Shown one piece after another: positions 39,161 through 53,600 of a stretch of DNA of 64,000 bases (position 1 is its first letter; each line of letters starts with the position of its first letter). This DNA is from Octopus vulgaris (Eukaryota): assembly GCA_951406725.2 (NCBI GenBank), contig OX597819.1, positions 132,246,001 through 132,310,000 on the forward strand, written 5' to 3'. The notes beneath the pieces are model-generated. The model was given only the letters and a program-made list of their open reading frames with translations, was not told where the DNA came from and did no database searches. Position numbers and translations under genes: made by a program.

Positions 39161-41240
39161 ATGGCAGTGAACGCTGCAACCACTTGCGATAACAGCACTG
39201 TCACCACCACCACTAACAACAACAACAACAAGACTACTACTGCTACCACCACCGCCTCCACCACCACCACACCACCACCACCGCCACCTCAGCCACTACC
39301 TCAACTACCAACAACAACAACAATAACAATGACAACAAGAATAATAACTTTTTCACCACCATTTCGACATCTGCTGCCACGGCTGTCTCTTCTGCCACTG
39401 ACACCACCGCCAACAACAAAAACAACAATAACAACAACAACTTTCCCGTTCAGACCTTGTCTCCTCCAACAACAAGAACTGAAGGGAATAAACAAAAGAC
39501 TGTGACCACCAAACAAATTGACAAAAGCTGCTTGAATACAGGGATAAACTATGCAAGTAATTTTCCACCCCTTCCTACTTGCACAATCAAACCAAATACA
39601 CCGATTTTACCAACTGCAGCCAACAACAACATCACCACCAGCAACAACAATAACAAAACAACAACAAATTTCGCCGAGGCGATAAAAGAAAAAAAGACAA
39701 CAGTATATTTTACTGCACAACAAATAAAAGACACGAACATTTCAATAACAGAAGTAGATGGTATAGTAAAAATAAATATACCACAAGAAATATTAGAAGA
39801 TGAAAAAAAAAGAACAATTATATATGAAATAATTAATAAGAAAACAAAAAGTCCAGAGAAGGCTAACACAAGCAAAATAGAAAAATGCTTGAAACCCATC
39901 TGGAACTACAAAGAGTTCGCACACATACAAGTGGTCTTCCACACTGAAGAGTTAGCAAGACGTTTCTCAACGCTAACTCTTCATTCAGATGAACTTCAAC
40001 TAACACCAAGCTATCGTGGACAGAAAGTGACTAAGATCACTTTAAACAATGTCCCAAAAATAGCTAACAATCTATGGCTAGTAAAGGCCTTATGTGTGAA
40101 AATGGAAGATTTCACAATTTTACAAACTACGGTCACGGAGCACAAAAACTGGGTGGGAAAAAAAGTAGAATTTCTACTACATATAAACCAAGAGGACATA
40201 AAGAAAATACCCACCCAGATATGTGTATCAGAAGACCACAAGTTGTATGTGGTCGTCGATGGCAGAAGACCACGTTGCTACATATGCGGCAGTGAGCAAC
40301 ACCTAAAAAAAGATTGCAAATCTGCCGCAAGAAAACAACAGCAACAACAACAGCAACCGGAAAAAACAAATAAACCAGCTTTACTACCCACACCACGTTT
40401 TACACGAACAGGACTAATCACAGAAAATCAACAAAAAACAAACCTCACCAACCAAACAACCACACCAACTGCACCAAGAACAGAAGCAACACCACCAACA
40501 ACAACAACCAAGAATAAACCAACTCCCAAACCAAGGACATATGCCAAAAAGACACTCATCGAAAATGAAGAAACAATTACTACTCCAAATCCCCACAAAA
40601 TTGACACCCCAAACAACAATACCTACAATCACTCAAACACAAAATACCCACACCCCACCTCCAAATCCGCATACACCACAACCTAACGCTCACCAACCAA
40701 CACCAACAACAAAATCAACACAGTCTACAATAGACCCCAATATTTTCCCTCTTCCAAGCTCTGATTCTTCTGATTTGTCATTAGACGAAGAAGACACAGA
40801 AGATTGGCAAATAGCCACAGGGGGGAGAAGAAAAAGGGGAAAAAAAGAAAAGAAAAGATAACAAACAAAGCAGGAAGATTCACCACTCCCGAAACAAAAA
40901 AACATCCACAGAAAACAAACACTTCAACACAAACACACCATCATCAAACCCCCCAACAATGTTGACAGCCATAAACACAAACAACCACGACCTAATGGAA
41001 CACATTAGGTCAAACACCAACATAACTGAAAACGACATAAAAACAAGTAACCACCCACGCACAACACCACCACAACACATTAAAATAATACACGTAACAC
41101 AGAACACATACAGCACCCTGAAATCTCTTTACCCTGATGCAGTAGGGAGATTTCAAAAGTATTCATCAAAGAAACTATACAAAAACCTCATGGAAGAAGA
41201 CTGTGAGGTGAAAAACAAAGGACTTTCGAACCAAAAGTAA
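39161..41240 (+). pseudogene. Tx1 ORF1 (gag-like, CCHC zinc knuckle), broken by frameshifts and stops
   Basis: GRRPRCYICGSEQHLKKDC in ORF 39457-40686, with Thr/Pro/Asn-rich flanks continuing in adjacent frames. Confidence 0.8.
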
Positions 41241-41308
41241 CCTTTTGTCTCTCTCTTTCCTTTTTTGCACTTTCTTTTCGTGTGTAAAACACAATTTTTT
41301 ATCGGAAC

Positions 41309-44300
41309 ATGCTCAGAATAGGCAGTATAAATGTACGTGGCTTGGGGTCGCCTTGGAAACAAGGCTACCTGTTAAATGACATCAAGTCCCTAAATCTGAA
41401 TATCATAGCCATCAGTGAGACCAGACTCCACAGCTTGCGGGCACTCCAGCACAGTTTCGGTACACATTTCAACATTTATTTTTCTCCGTGTCTACCGAGA
41501 ATGGGCGGAGGTGGCACCGCGGTGCTTCTCCGGAAGAGTCTGGATCTCAAAGTAAGAGCAATTTTCCTAGACCCGGAGGGTAGGCTGGTCGTTTTGGATA
41601 TCGATGGCAGCAATGAGTGTGCTTTTCGACTGATAGCAGTTTATGCTCCGTCCTTAACAGGCCGACCAGATTTCTTTCGACGTCTAGAGTCTTTCATGGG
41701 AACGTCTCGTCCTTTACTTTTAGTGGGGATTGGAATGCCACCCTGGACACGCATCTAGACTACGTGGGCAGAGATAGCAATAGAAGGGGATGAAAATGCC
41801 TCAAAGACCTGCTCAGACGTTTCCAACTGTCTGACAGGTACCGACTGGACCACCCGAATGTGCCAATGTGGACATGGAATAACTGCATCGGGTCGTCCAG
41901 ATCATACTTAGATAGAGTATTCTGTAGGACAATAGATAAAAATAGTGTAGGTTGTCCACTATTTCATATAGTCAGTTACACAGATCACAAGTTTGTGACT
42001 TGTACACTTGACTTAGATAAGACACATAGGCAGGGTCCTGGTTACTGGAAACTGAACGCGTCTTTTACAGCACGACAGGTTTACAGGGACCGGATCAGCA
42101 CATTAGTTAAGAGAGCTTTGACGGGTACCATCATCAACAACAGATGGTGGTATGCCCTAAAAAAAGCAATTAAAGCAGAATCAGTCAGATACAGTAAAGC
42201 CCTAGCATTAGACCGAAATAGAATAGAGGGAGAATTAGTTAAGGTTTTAGAAGAGGCACTTAGAACTGGCATTGCGTCCAACGTGCTGGCGGCAAGATTG
42301 GCCCTCGACCAACACCTCAACGCCAAACACGAGGGATGCGTTGTCAGAGCTAGGATGCGTGCTCTGAGGAACGAAGGAGTTGGAGCCGCCCAAGAGGCCC
42401 GAGTGGTGGAGACGCAACGAAGCAACAGAGCCACCATCAAGTCTCTTATAGATGAACAGGGGCGCGAATTGCTCGAGCCTAAAAGGATGTGTGGGGCTTT
42501 TCAACAACACTTCACCCAACTGTTTGGGACAGGTGGTGGGTCAGAACGCAGAGTGGACTTTAGTGCCTACCTGCATGCCTTGCCACGACTCTCAGCAAGA
42601 GAGGTGGAATCTTGTGAAAGGCCTATCACAGCTGCGGACGTACAGGATGCGATGGTAGGCTGCGCGAGAGACAAGTCACCAGGCTTGGATGGTCTGCCCT
42701 ACGAACTTTATTTTCATATGTCAGACTTGTTTGGAGACGTCTTGGCAGCTGTCTACTGCAACTGGCAGCAAAACGGGAGTATTCCTGCTTTTGTAAAGCG
42801 AGGAGCAGTGGCACTGATTAAGAAAGACCCAAACAAGGGGGACGTCATAGATAATTTCAGGCCCATCACTCTGCTCAACGCAGATTTGAAAATTTTGGCC
42901 AAGGTGTTAGCCGAGAGGTTGGCGCTTGTCATCAAGAAACTAATCGACAAGGCGCAAACATGCGCCGTGCCGGGTAGAAGTATTCATGACAACCTCCATC
43001 TGATGCGCTACATCATAGACAGGGTAGTTAAGAATCCTGGCATGGGTGGGGCGCTGATCAATTTGGATCAATCAAAAGCTTTCGATAGGGTAGACCATCA
43101 CTACTTGGAGGCTGTCCTTAAAGCGGCTGGTTTCGGTCCAGTTTTCCGCAGTTGGATCGCTGTCTTATACAGCGGCATCCGCTCAGTAGTTCGCGTAAAT
43201 GGTCATCTATCCAGACCTTTTAACATCATGCGTTCGGTTCGTCAGGGATGCCCCCTCTCATCGCTGCTGTATGTATTGACTCTTGAGCCACTACTGCGGA
43301 AACTGGCGACGCTGAGGGGCATCCCACGAGAGCTGGGATGCGGGAGGAGCGTGTCTGCATACGCGGATGACGTCACCGTTATAGTGTCGAGCTACGAGCA
43401 CATCGAGCTGGTCGGCGAGACACTAAAAGAATACGAAGCGGTAACGGGAGCAAAAATTAACCGGGAAAAGTCAGTGGGCTTGCGGCTCGGCACCTGGAGA
43501 AGCAGGCCCATGCCGTCCAACAGAGTCTCCATCGTGGGACGCTGGACGGACGGACCGGTTAAATTGCTCGGGGTCTGGTTCGGTCCGGACCTCCAAATGG
43601 AGAAGAACTGGGGCGAGATAACGACTAGGGTAGCTACTCTCACCCAGAAATGGGCTGAGAGAAAGCTATCCCTAAAAGGTCGGGCGGAGGTGGCGAACGC
43701 GTACATCGCATCAGTCATCGAGTATCGTCTGACCGTCGTGCCTTGTCCCGACCCTACCATCACCAAACTGGAACGTATACTCTTCCGCTTCTTGTGGAAG
43801 GGAAACGTTCCGATGGTTAGGCGATCCATTTGCTGTCAACACCCGCTAAATGGAGGGCTGGGCATGCCGTGGTTGATGATGCGCAGACATGCGCTGAGAC
43901 TGCGACATCTCCGGTGCTTCATAGACAACGGTGAACAGGTGTGGTCGCCTTTTGTGCGGCGCGCTTTCCCGCAGCTCGTCTCCTTGGACGAACTACAGTC
44001 ATGGATCAAGCAGAGACCGAGGCTAGGCGAATGGCACCGCGAGTGTCGCGTTGCTCTCAAGCAACTCTGCCGTCCGGGATCGAACTTGTGCGACTCCATC
44101 ACAACAAAGGCATTCTATAGAGGATTAGTGGAGGGGAGGTGCGACGACGAACTCGGGCAGAGTCTGGGCGTCGACGAGGAACACCTGACCCGCCTGTTCA
44201 GGACAACTTTCGGGCCGGGACCTATGAACAATCACCAAAGATCCCTGGCCTGGCAGTGCTATCGAGAAGCATTACCTGTTCGGGATAAGCTCTACAGACA

Positions 44301-44745
44301 CGGTTCCAGACACACTGGACCGACTTGTCCGAGATGCGGTCAGAGCGACGAAACCGTTCTGCACGCACTCGTGCAATGTCCAACCATTTCAGACCTGTGG
44401 GCTTATGCCGAACGGCTGCTGTCACGTGTGGGACGAGTCCGCCTGTCGGCCGAGTCTATCATGAGTATTGCTCCGCCCCCTTCCCTCAACCGGGAAGGCA
44501 AGGCAGTTTTCATCGTTCTGGTGGCCATGGTGAAAGAATGTGTGTGGTGGACCCGAGCGAAAGGATTAGAGACAAACACTTACCTCTCTGGCCAATCGCT
44601 CATCAACTTTTTCAAGTACCACTTGAAAAGGAAGGTGAGAATGGAGAGGGAAGTTTTGTCTCGCGAAAGATTCAAAAAAAGATGGGTGAATGTTGTAAAG
44701 ATGGTGCGTGCTAGTGAGGAAACCATTTTGAGCATGAACCTGTAG
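41309..44745 (+). pseudogene. Tx1 ORF2: APE endonuclease, reverse transcriptase and C-terminal zinc finger; frameshift near 41728 and TGA at 41791
   Basis: SINVRGL, AISETR, AVYAP, G(D)WNA, YLDR, TDH, GPGYWKLN, SPGLDGLPYE, FRPITLLN, LDQSKAFDRVDH, VRQGCPLS, YADD, CPRC...HALVQC. 41860-44745 is open. Confidence 0.95.
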
Positions 44746-45072
44746 ATCGTAAAAAAGAAAGAAAGAGAGCATTTTGATCTCATGTGGTTATTTCCTCCCT
44801 GACTGAGGTTCCCGTGGTCTTTTCTGTAGGCTTTCTTCCCACGGATGAACCCAATCTTATTTTATCAATGTTTTTATCATTGTTTCTGTGATACACGATT
44901 TCTTTTCTTTTTTTTCCTCCTCTCGATCCCTTTTGATCGCAATCTTACATTTTTTTTCCACCCTCGAAAAGAAAAGCTCTTTGTATTTGTCCCCTCTGTA
45001 ATCAGCCCTGTGTGGCTAATAAAAGAAAGTTATCTATCTATCTATCTATCTATCTGTCTATCTATCTATCTA

Positions 45073-45157
<85 letters not shown>

Positions 45158-45979
45158 GTACACTCTCATTCGCACACATATTTATGTTTGTGTGTATGTG
45201 TGTGTATACACACACACACATAAACATACATACAGACACACGCATACATACACATCCGATGATGACCCAACTGGCCGAGACTTAGAAGCCACTGTCAATA
45301 TCCTTGTTTAAGAATAATGAATTTATACTTTACAAAAGTAAAGGGTAACCGATCAGATTAATGTAAAATTGCTTTTATCATAAATGAAAATAAAAACAAA
45401 CATTATCATATGTGTGTGTGTATATCTATACACATACATGTCATAAATCCACCGTAATCTAATCCCTAGCTAATCCCTAACCCTGTAAACTACTTAATTT
45501 CTTATGAACCCGCACTAATTCTAAACTAAATCCTTGACCGACATCCTGCTAAATATATGACTCTTATAAAGCTTAACATAAAAGAGATAGGAACAGTCAA
45601 GCGAGATCTCTAGTCCCCTATTAGACAATGGAAGAGTCCTAAATAGTTCGATCCACAATTAAGAATAACATCGATATGTTGAAGAACGTAGCAATTCCAA
45701 AGAATGCGTGAAAAAGGGAACATATAGGTTTCTATATTAATCTCAAGACAAAAACAACTGAAGAGAAGTGAAATAGGCGCAGACGCCCCATCATCAGCTG
45801 TTCTATTGGAAAACATTGTGGTTTCAACACCAGGTTGTACCATTCAAGCGAAACTACAAGAAGCAACTCCATCAACACTGGCACATGTAATAGAACCTCC
45901 CCCACAGCATGAGATAATGTGTACTTTTATAAACTAATTATAACATAGAAAGTAAACGATTATAATGTACCAAAATTTT

Positions 45980-46182
45980 GATTTCAAATTTTGCACCTGG
46001 CCAGCAAGTTCGGGGGAGGGGTTAAGCCAATGCCAGTGTTCAGCTGGTACTTATTTTACTGACCCCGAAAGGATGAAAGGCAAAGTCGACCTTGGCGGAA
46101 TTTTAACTCAGAACGTAAAGACGGACGAAATGCCGCGAAGCATATAGTCTGGCATGCTAGCGATCCTGCTAGATAGCCACCT
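45980..46182 (-). mobile_element. SINE family B
   Basis: GACCCCGAAAGGATGAAAGGCAAAGTCGACCTTGGCGGAATT on +. Confidence 0.85.
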
Positions 46183-46602
46183 TAATAACCTACCAAAATA
46201 TAAATGCCTAAAACTGCGGACTGGGATTCCTGTGATACTTGACTCTCAACGGCTCGTTTTCATTAGTATTTTAAAAGAGAATTTGCATGATTAACTGGTT
46301 TGATTTGATTTGAAAAGTGCACTTCGAGTCTCCTGCTCGGATAGTTTGCTACACAGACGGCTTTGTATAACGTACTGCGCATAATTCGACAATCGTTCAG
46401 ACTACTCTCCCAGTTCTTCCGAGTGCTGCTCTATTCGAACATGAAACTTAAAGTAGCCCACATATAACTCTTGTATTCATTGAATGATATTTAACTCTCA
46501 CTAATTTGAGTGCCTTTTGCTGATCCTATCCGCAAGTGAATAATACACACACTCTGTGTGTGTGCGTGTGTGCGTGTGTGCGTGCGCGCGTGTGTGTGTG
46601 TG

Positions 46603-46853
<251 letters not shown>

Positions 46854-46862
46854 ATACACATT

Positions 46863-47070
46863 ATCTTTTACTTGTTTCAGTCAATAGACTGTGGCCATTC
46901 TGGGGTATTGCATTAAAGAATTTTATTCGAACGACTCAACCTTAATACTTAATTTTTTTTAAAGTCTGATACTAATTAGATCGGTCCTTTTTGCCGAACC
47001 GCTAAGTTACGCGGGTGTAAACACAACAACACCGATTGTCAAGTGGTGGTGAGGGACAAACTCAGACACG
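46863..47070 (-). mobile_element. SINE family A, 3' part
   Basis: Homologous to 2274-2480 and 51663-51860. Confidence 0.8.
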
Positions 47071-47078
47071 ATCTCTTT

Positions 47079-47121
<43 letters not shown>

Positions 47122-48585
47122 GCACATCCTTTAAAAGAATTTTTCATGCATCTGTAAGGAGTGTTACATTGATAAGCAAACAGAACACGACTCCGAACTC
47201 GTAATATCTTGAAAGCAATTGTCATTAATTTAGAGGACAATTCAACAAGCTTCCAGCTATGTAAAACCGTATCGGTCAGTATCATAGGTCATTTCAAATA
47301 TGGCAACAGATCGTATACAAGGATTGGTTAAAAAAACCTGTTTCATACCATCAGAATATAATGGGGATTTTATAATAACTCTCCTGTAGTTTATGTTCCT
47401 TACTCGAGATTTAGCATCTGGTTGATTCTATTTATTTTAATGGAGCCTCACCTCGTTGGAATATATTTCGTGCACTCTTCGGAGCAAGGATTTGGTAATA
47501 GACATACAAAATATAAGAGAAGCGCTCTTCGTAATTTTGTCAAATGCATTTTACAGGAACTTTTAATGTACATTGTGATGGAAGTGCTGTTGTGTGGCCA
47601 GCAATTTATGTTCAATAATGGAATTTTGTGGTTAATTCCCATTTCGTTAGTGTTGCGTTAATGACACCCCCACCCTCATTCATAGGAACACTCACTGTCC
47701 CTTAATAGCTTTGCAGTTTGAAACCCCATGCGTCAGCTTTTACGGAGACTGACGGTGCATCAGAAATCACCTTCGCTTGTTTATTGATGGAAAATAATGC
47801 ATCTAATAAGCAGGAGGTAACATGCATTCATCTACAGTTGCCAATAGGTTAATGGAAAGCAAAAACCATCAAGAAGAATATTTGCTTTTTTATTTATGAA
47901 ATCGAGGTTAGCGTCAGGTGAAATCAAAAGATAAAAGTAGTTCCACGGTTATTTCAAGAATATATTAGACATTCGCTGTTTTTTGCTGGTAGGGATTCTC
48001 TATTTCGTTTTGTAACCAAACTATATTACAGTTTTATAAGTGAATGCTTATAAGCGGTTCAACCATTGTTAAGTTATCTCCAGATATTCTGTAGAGTTTA
48101 GAGCCACCACTGAAAGTTCCATATACGAATACATCTATGTAAACAATGTGTTGTAACTTTTTGTGCTGGCTCTAAATTCTATTGAAATTCTGTAGAGAGA
48201 AACTTAAAAGCAATTCCCTGTTGTATTCTTTCAGAATAGTGTTGTTATTGTCGTTGTTTCACCCCGTATCAGTTCTGATTGATCGAATCTGTGGTTTGAG
48301 ACGTTTCACTCATGAAAGCTCATCTAATTTTCAAATTTGTCTCCATAACTATTTTATGTATCCTTTTTTAAATACGACAGGGTGTGATTTGGCTGCTATT
48401 TCTCACAAGCCGAGCAGTCATGTCGATACCATCATTGAAACATCGGTGATTCCCACTTCATTTGTGGACGAAATCCCTCCATATTTCAGTTTGGTACAGT
48501 CAACTGGTGTGGTCTTTCAAAAGTTCTGGATTGAAAGAGCGGTTTAAGTCTTACACTTGTTGATTTAGTATTAATTGTAAGCTTA

Positions 48586-48800
48586 ACGCGGTGAGCTGGC
48601 AGAATGGTTAGCACGCTGGGCGAAATGCTTTTTGGCATTCCGTCTGTCTTTACGATCTGAGTTCAAATTCCGCCGAGGTCGACTTTGTTTTTCATCCTTT
48701 CGGGGTCGACAAAATAAGTACCAGCTGAGCACTGGGGTCGATGTAATAAACTTAACCCCTTCCCAGAAATTGCTGGCCTTGTGCGAAAATTTGAAACTAA
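48586..48800 (+). mobile_element. tRNA-derived SINE, family B, full length
   Basis: A-box-like TGGCAGAATGG, B-box GAGTTCAAATTCC and central GTCGACTTTG.TTTTCATCCTTTCGGGGTCGA.AAAATAAGTACCAG domain. Confidence 0.88.
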
Positions 48801-49111
48801 TATTAATTATATCCATAGTAACTTGTAAAGGCAGGTGATTGGCGGAATCAGTTAATCGCGCAACAAGTTTGCCGTATTTGTTACGTCTTTTTGCATCGTG
48901 AGTTTTTTCATTGTCCCCAGTTCTATAAAATTAAATACCTGTCAAGTCCTGGGACAATAAAATTGATTGTTAATGTATGGCCATGGCACATTAAGCTAGC
49001 ATTATACAGCGGAACCGAAATCCTCGTCCAAAGGCGAAAGACCAACAGGTGACGCGCCAGAGAGAGTAGACAGACGTCACGACACTAGAATCTATTTTTA
49101 ACACCCTAGAT

Positions 49112-49394
49112 CAGAGGTTCACAACCGGACACCTCACAACCTTGCGTATCCCCAAGTAGTATTTTAAGAGTCCACGAAAAACTTTGCTTTAGATGTAATG
49201 CAAGAAACAGCCAGGTTTCTTTATCTAGCGTTCTACACAGGTAAATGTGTGAAAGCATACAAGGAATTGTGAAAGAAACATCAATAAAACTAGTTTTAAA
49301 CAGGGAATGGCTAGAGGTGGTGGTGGGGGGTCTACCTGAATGAAATAGGAATCAAAGAGGTCCAAAGATTAAAAAAAATGGCCGAGAACCACTG
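49112..49394. mobile_element. hAT (Charlie-type) non-autonomous DNA transposon
   Basis: Terminal inverted repeats CAGAGGTTCACAACC / GGCCGAGAACCACTG and 8-bp target-site duplication CCCTAGAT (49104-49111) / TCCTAGAT (49395-49402). Confidence 0.85.
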
Positions 49395-49454
49395 TCCTAG
49401 ATTACTGTCCACACGGTAGACACATAGGCATCTTACCAGTCACACACACGCACA

Positions 49455-49576
<122 letters not shown>

Positions 49577-49814
49577 AAAAGTGGATCTTATTGAAAAGAG
49601 CAAAGCAAAAGAAAGGATATTTCCAGGACCAACAATCTCCTTTCTACAGTCTCAGACATTGGCATCGAAGTCTGGCTTTCATCGATTTCTTTGATGTCCC
49701 CAACAAAACGACATTTCGATATCGGTAGAGCGTCTCCGTTGGCTTCTTGCTTCGTCGTTAAAATTCCTCAAATCAAACAGACCTTACACTTAACATGTGT
49801 ATCGATCTATCTAC

Positions 49815-49975
49815 ACAGCAATTTTGGGAGGAGAGGAAGCTGATTACTTCGACCCCCAGCGCTCTAAAAGAGATGAAGAGCAAACTCGATCTCGGCGCCA
49901 TTTGAACTCAGGACCACAAGGAATACTGCTAAGCATTTTGACCGGCCTGCTTAACCAACCTGTCAGCTCTCCGTC
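49815..49975 (-). mobile_element. Degenerate SINE family B
   Basis: TCGACCCCCAG...CTCGGCG..ATTTGAACTCAG...GCTAAGCATTTTG matches the family. Confidence 0.6.
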
Positions 49976-50058
49976 TTATGTTTGTCTACGTTCGATATAT
50001 ACACACTCCCGAAAACGTGCACAAACATATATGTGTATGTGTGTGTATTAAATCTCTG

Positions 50059-50106
<48 letters not shown>

Positions 50107-50476
50107 TTACAGTCATCTAACTATCTATCTTCATATATATATGTATATATATGTGTATGTGCATGTGTGCATATGTATGTATGCATGTATGTTTGTCTAT
50201 CTGTCTGTATGTATGTACATAAGTATGTATGTTTATATATGTGTACATAAGAAATATATATATATACATATGGTATGTACATATGCATATATGAATCTGT
50301 ATATAAATACTTACTCCTCAAACTAAACACATATATTCATATAGTATTATCTATATCTATATATGTGCGTGCTTGTGTGTGTGAGTGTGTGTGTACATAT
50401 ATTTTGTATCTATAAATATATATATCTAACAATATGCACAGTCACCTACAAGCGCATATACGTACCTTTGTGCGTG

Positions 50477-50507
<31 letters not shown>

Positions 50508-50981
50508 TTGACTTGTCAAGTTCCTTTCATCTGTTCTTCCAAACTTTTTCCTTTCCAATTTCTTGGCTCCACAATCCCATTGCCGTCTTCTCTTATCTAT
50601 CACCTTGTCATTTATTCCCGGCATCCATCTTTACCCTATTGCTCTCAGCACTACTGACAAAAGCCGTCTTCTTCTCTACATGTTTACTGTATGGCCATCA
50701 ATATTTTTTTCTCCTGTCTTCTTCGTCACTGATCTTTAACTCCTTTTGAAAAAAAAAAGATTATCTTTTGAAGTAACATGAACCATCCATTCTTTCGGTA
50801 GCGTGCGTTCAGTTCTCTGTACGCATGCGCTTTCAACTCAGCCATATCCGCAAGGTATCTACATATATGAATTATCGGATTAACGCATGCAACTCTTCGT
50901 GTTTTCGTTGCATGTAAATATTCATATTTAAATAAACATATTAACCCACAATCAAATGCAACTCACAAAAACGCAATCAAT

Positions 50982-50982
50982 A

Positions 50983-51066
<84 letters not shown>

Positions 51067-51075
51067 GTCTATCTG

Positions 51076-51133
<58 letters not shown>
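50982..51133. repeat. (TATC)n microsatellite
   Basis: Direct reading. Confidence 0.95.
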
Positions 51134-51214
51134 GAGCATTCTCTCTTTCTGTCTGTCTGTCTCTTTCTCTCTCCCTCTGTCTGTCTATCTATTTGAAGCA
51201 ATTACTGACGTACA

Positions 51215-51320
51215 ATCCCGATCGTTAGGTTGATAGTTCGATACCGCGACCGGGTGCTGCGCTGTGTTCTTGAGCAAAACTCTTCATTTCCCTTCGTCCT
51301 AGTTCGTTCAGCAGAAAATG
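51215..51320 (+). mobile_element. SINE family C fragment (tRNA B-box plus CORE/V-like block)
   Basis: AGTTCGATACC...TGTGTTCTTGAGCAAAAC, homologous to 57230-57290 (-). Confidence 0.55.
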
Positions 51321-51590
51321 CGGAATCCTCACAGGACCTGGCATTCGATTAGGGGTGGCGAGGGGAGAATGGTGTAATCTTAGTTGGTCTAATCCCAGTG
51401 AAATCGGCTTAAACTCCGGTCTAACGAGCCTGTGGGGTTCACACCGATTTAGGGCATTATGAAGATAGATTTTTATGTTTATGTACAATATCTGCTTAAT
51501 GTTTTTATATCTCTATCGATACACACACACACACACACACACATTTATACACACATTTACACACACACATATATACACATATACATATGT

Positions 51591-51621
<31 letters not shown>

Positions 51622-51662
51622 GATACATGCATATACATGTGCGAGTGTATGTGTGTGTATAT

Positions 51663-52012
51663 TCTTTTGCTTGTTTCAATCATTTGACTGCGGCCATGCT
51701 AGAGCACTGCCTTTAGTCGAACGAATCGATCCCATGACTTATTCTTTGTAAGCCTAGTACTTATTCTATCGGTCTCTTTTGCCGAACCGCTAAGTTACGG
51801 ACACGTAAACATACCAGCATCGATTGCCAAGCGATGATGGGGCGGGGGCAAACATAGACACATAAATACACATACATATATATACGGGCTTCTTTCAGTT
51901 TCCGTCTACCAAATCCACTCACAAGGCTTTGGTCGGCTATAGTAGAAGACACTTGCCCAAGGAGCCACGCAGTGGGACTGAACCCGGCACCATGTGGTTA
52001 GTAATCAAGCTT
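51663..52012 (-). mobile_element. SINE family A, near full length
   Basis: B-box GGTTCAGTCCC, CTTGGGCAAGTGTCTTCTAC block and 3' tail GGCAGTGCTCTAGCATGGCCGCAGTCAAATGATTGAAAC. Confidence 0.9.
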
Positions 52013-52019
52013 CTTTATT

Positions 52020-53600
52020 TCATATAGATTTGCCTCGTAACTTTTGATGGTTTTCTTCCACCACTGGAAGCTGGCCCTCATCCGCCACGATGATGGAGAT
52101 GTCATCCGCATACGCCGTAGCTCTTCTTCGACACCACAGATCATGCGGTGCGCCCCCTAGTGCCTCTAACTTCTGCAGCAATGGCTCAAGAGCCAATACA
52201 TACAAAAACAGAGATAGGGGGACACCTCTGACAAACTGAACGTATGTCACATCAAGGACGACCAGCCAACTTTCTGAGTCCACATAGACTGTACTTGTCT
52301 GCAGAGCCAAGCTTTTACGGATCAGTACCACTACACCCCTCGTCCTCCGGTCTGGCCAGGAGACATGATTTTCTCATAGCCATTCAGGAACAGCGAGAAG
52401 GTTTGTAGACTGTCCCGCTTGGTCTCTGTAGCAAGCATCACATGTATATCGTGTGATCTGAGGTCGTCGAGGAGACAAGTTTGTTTCCACTTCGAACTCA
52501 GACCACGCACATTCAGACAACCAAGGGTAAGTGCAGTCACAACTTAAAAAGTAGAGGTTCTACTAACCCTTCATGGGTGACGTTGGGGCCGTCCTCACCA
52601 CACGCGAGGCAGCCCCTTCCTTCTCCTCCTTCTTCAAATACTTCGGAAGGTTCCCACTTCTTCTGATGGCCGTCGAGTGTCTTTCCTTCAACTGCTTGAA
52701 TAGGGTTTCCCCTATCCAGGTACGCCTTTTCGGAAAGTCTTTGCGCTTCGAGAAAAGCTTGGAGGTATGGCGGTTCACAATTGTTTCGTCTTTGTATTTG
52801 TCTCTGGCGTCAAATTCCACCAACACCTTAATGTCAGTCATCTTTTTCTTTTTTTCTTAGTATTCTTGTTTGTTTTTGTGAGGGAAATGGATGGCACGGT
52901 GGTTGAGTTCATTTACGAACTACTGTCTACCCCCCACCTCCACCATCTCCATGGTGTCGTCCGAGGAGCCGCACTTTTTCCATCAGGTACCAACAAGGGG
53001 GGGGGGCGTATTTTTACTTGTGTCGGGGTTTGTGTATGCAGGGATTGGGTTTTTGTGGTGTTATGTTTAGAGGCCGGCACCGCAGTTGGGGGAGTGGGAA
53101 CTTTTGCTTGTGTGGGGTCTGGTATATATGTAGGTTTGGGAACAATTTTTGGGTTTTCTGAAGGGCCTGATGTCTGCGACATTTTTTCCATCTTTTCTTT
53201 TTCTTTTTGTTTCCTTGTTTCGCAGTCCACGCGAATGTGGCCCTTTTCCCACATTCATAGCAGGCGGGTTTTCTTCCACCTGAACTCTAAGGGCCACATT
53301 CTCGCCCACGAGCACCATCATCAATATATATATATATATATATGGTTGTCCGATAAGTTTCCATGAATCAGAGTGAAGAGACACCCGTAATGGCGTGGGT
53401 ATATTTTGGTGTCTTGTATCAGATCCACTGCATATGACCTTCTCAATCTTTGCTCTCTTGATAGGATCTCTCGCTGGGTTTAATTCGAGGGTGTTTTGTG
53501 TTGGCGTTGTAACGTTGCTTCTTGTATTATGACCGTCTGAATGCTGTATGTGGCGAAAGTTTGGCAGTTCCTGAGATGTCGTTTAGACTTTGGTGTTGCG
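52020..53600 (-). pseudogene. Internally deleted Tx1-like LINE remnant
   Basis: ORF1 knuckle remnant EKGHIRVDC. APE start LNVRGL...ATETK...LIRKSL...WLVVLDV is joined almost directly to RT PLS.FLYVLALEPLL...YADDI. Homologous to 41309-43400. Confidence 0.85.

Larger units (their letters stand above)
38838..45030 (+). mobile_element. Full-length Tx1-clade non-LTR retrotransposon inserted in (TATC)n
   Basis: 5' UTR, ORF1 with zinc knuckle, ORF2 APE-RT-CCHC, and a T-rich 3' UTR ending AATAAAAGAAAGTT. (TATC)n lies directly on both sides (38739-38837 and 45031-45157). Confidence 0.93.
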
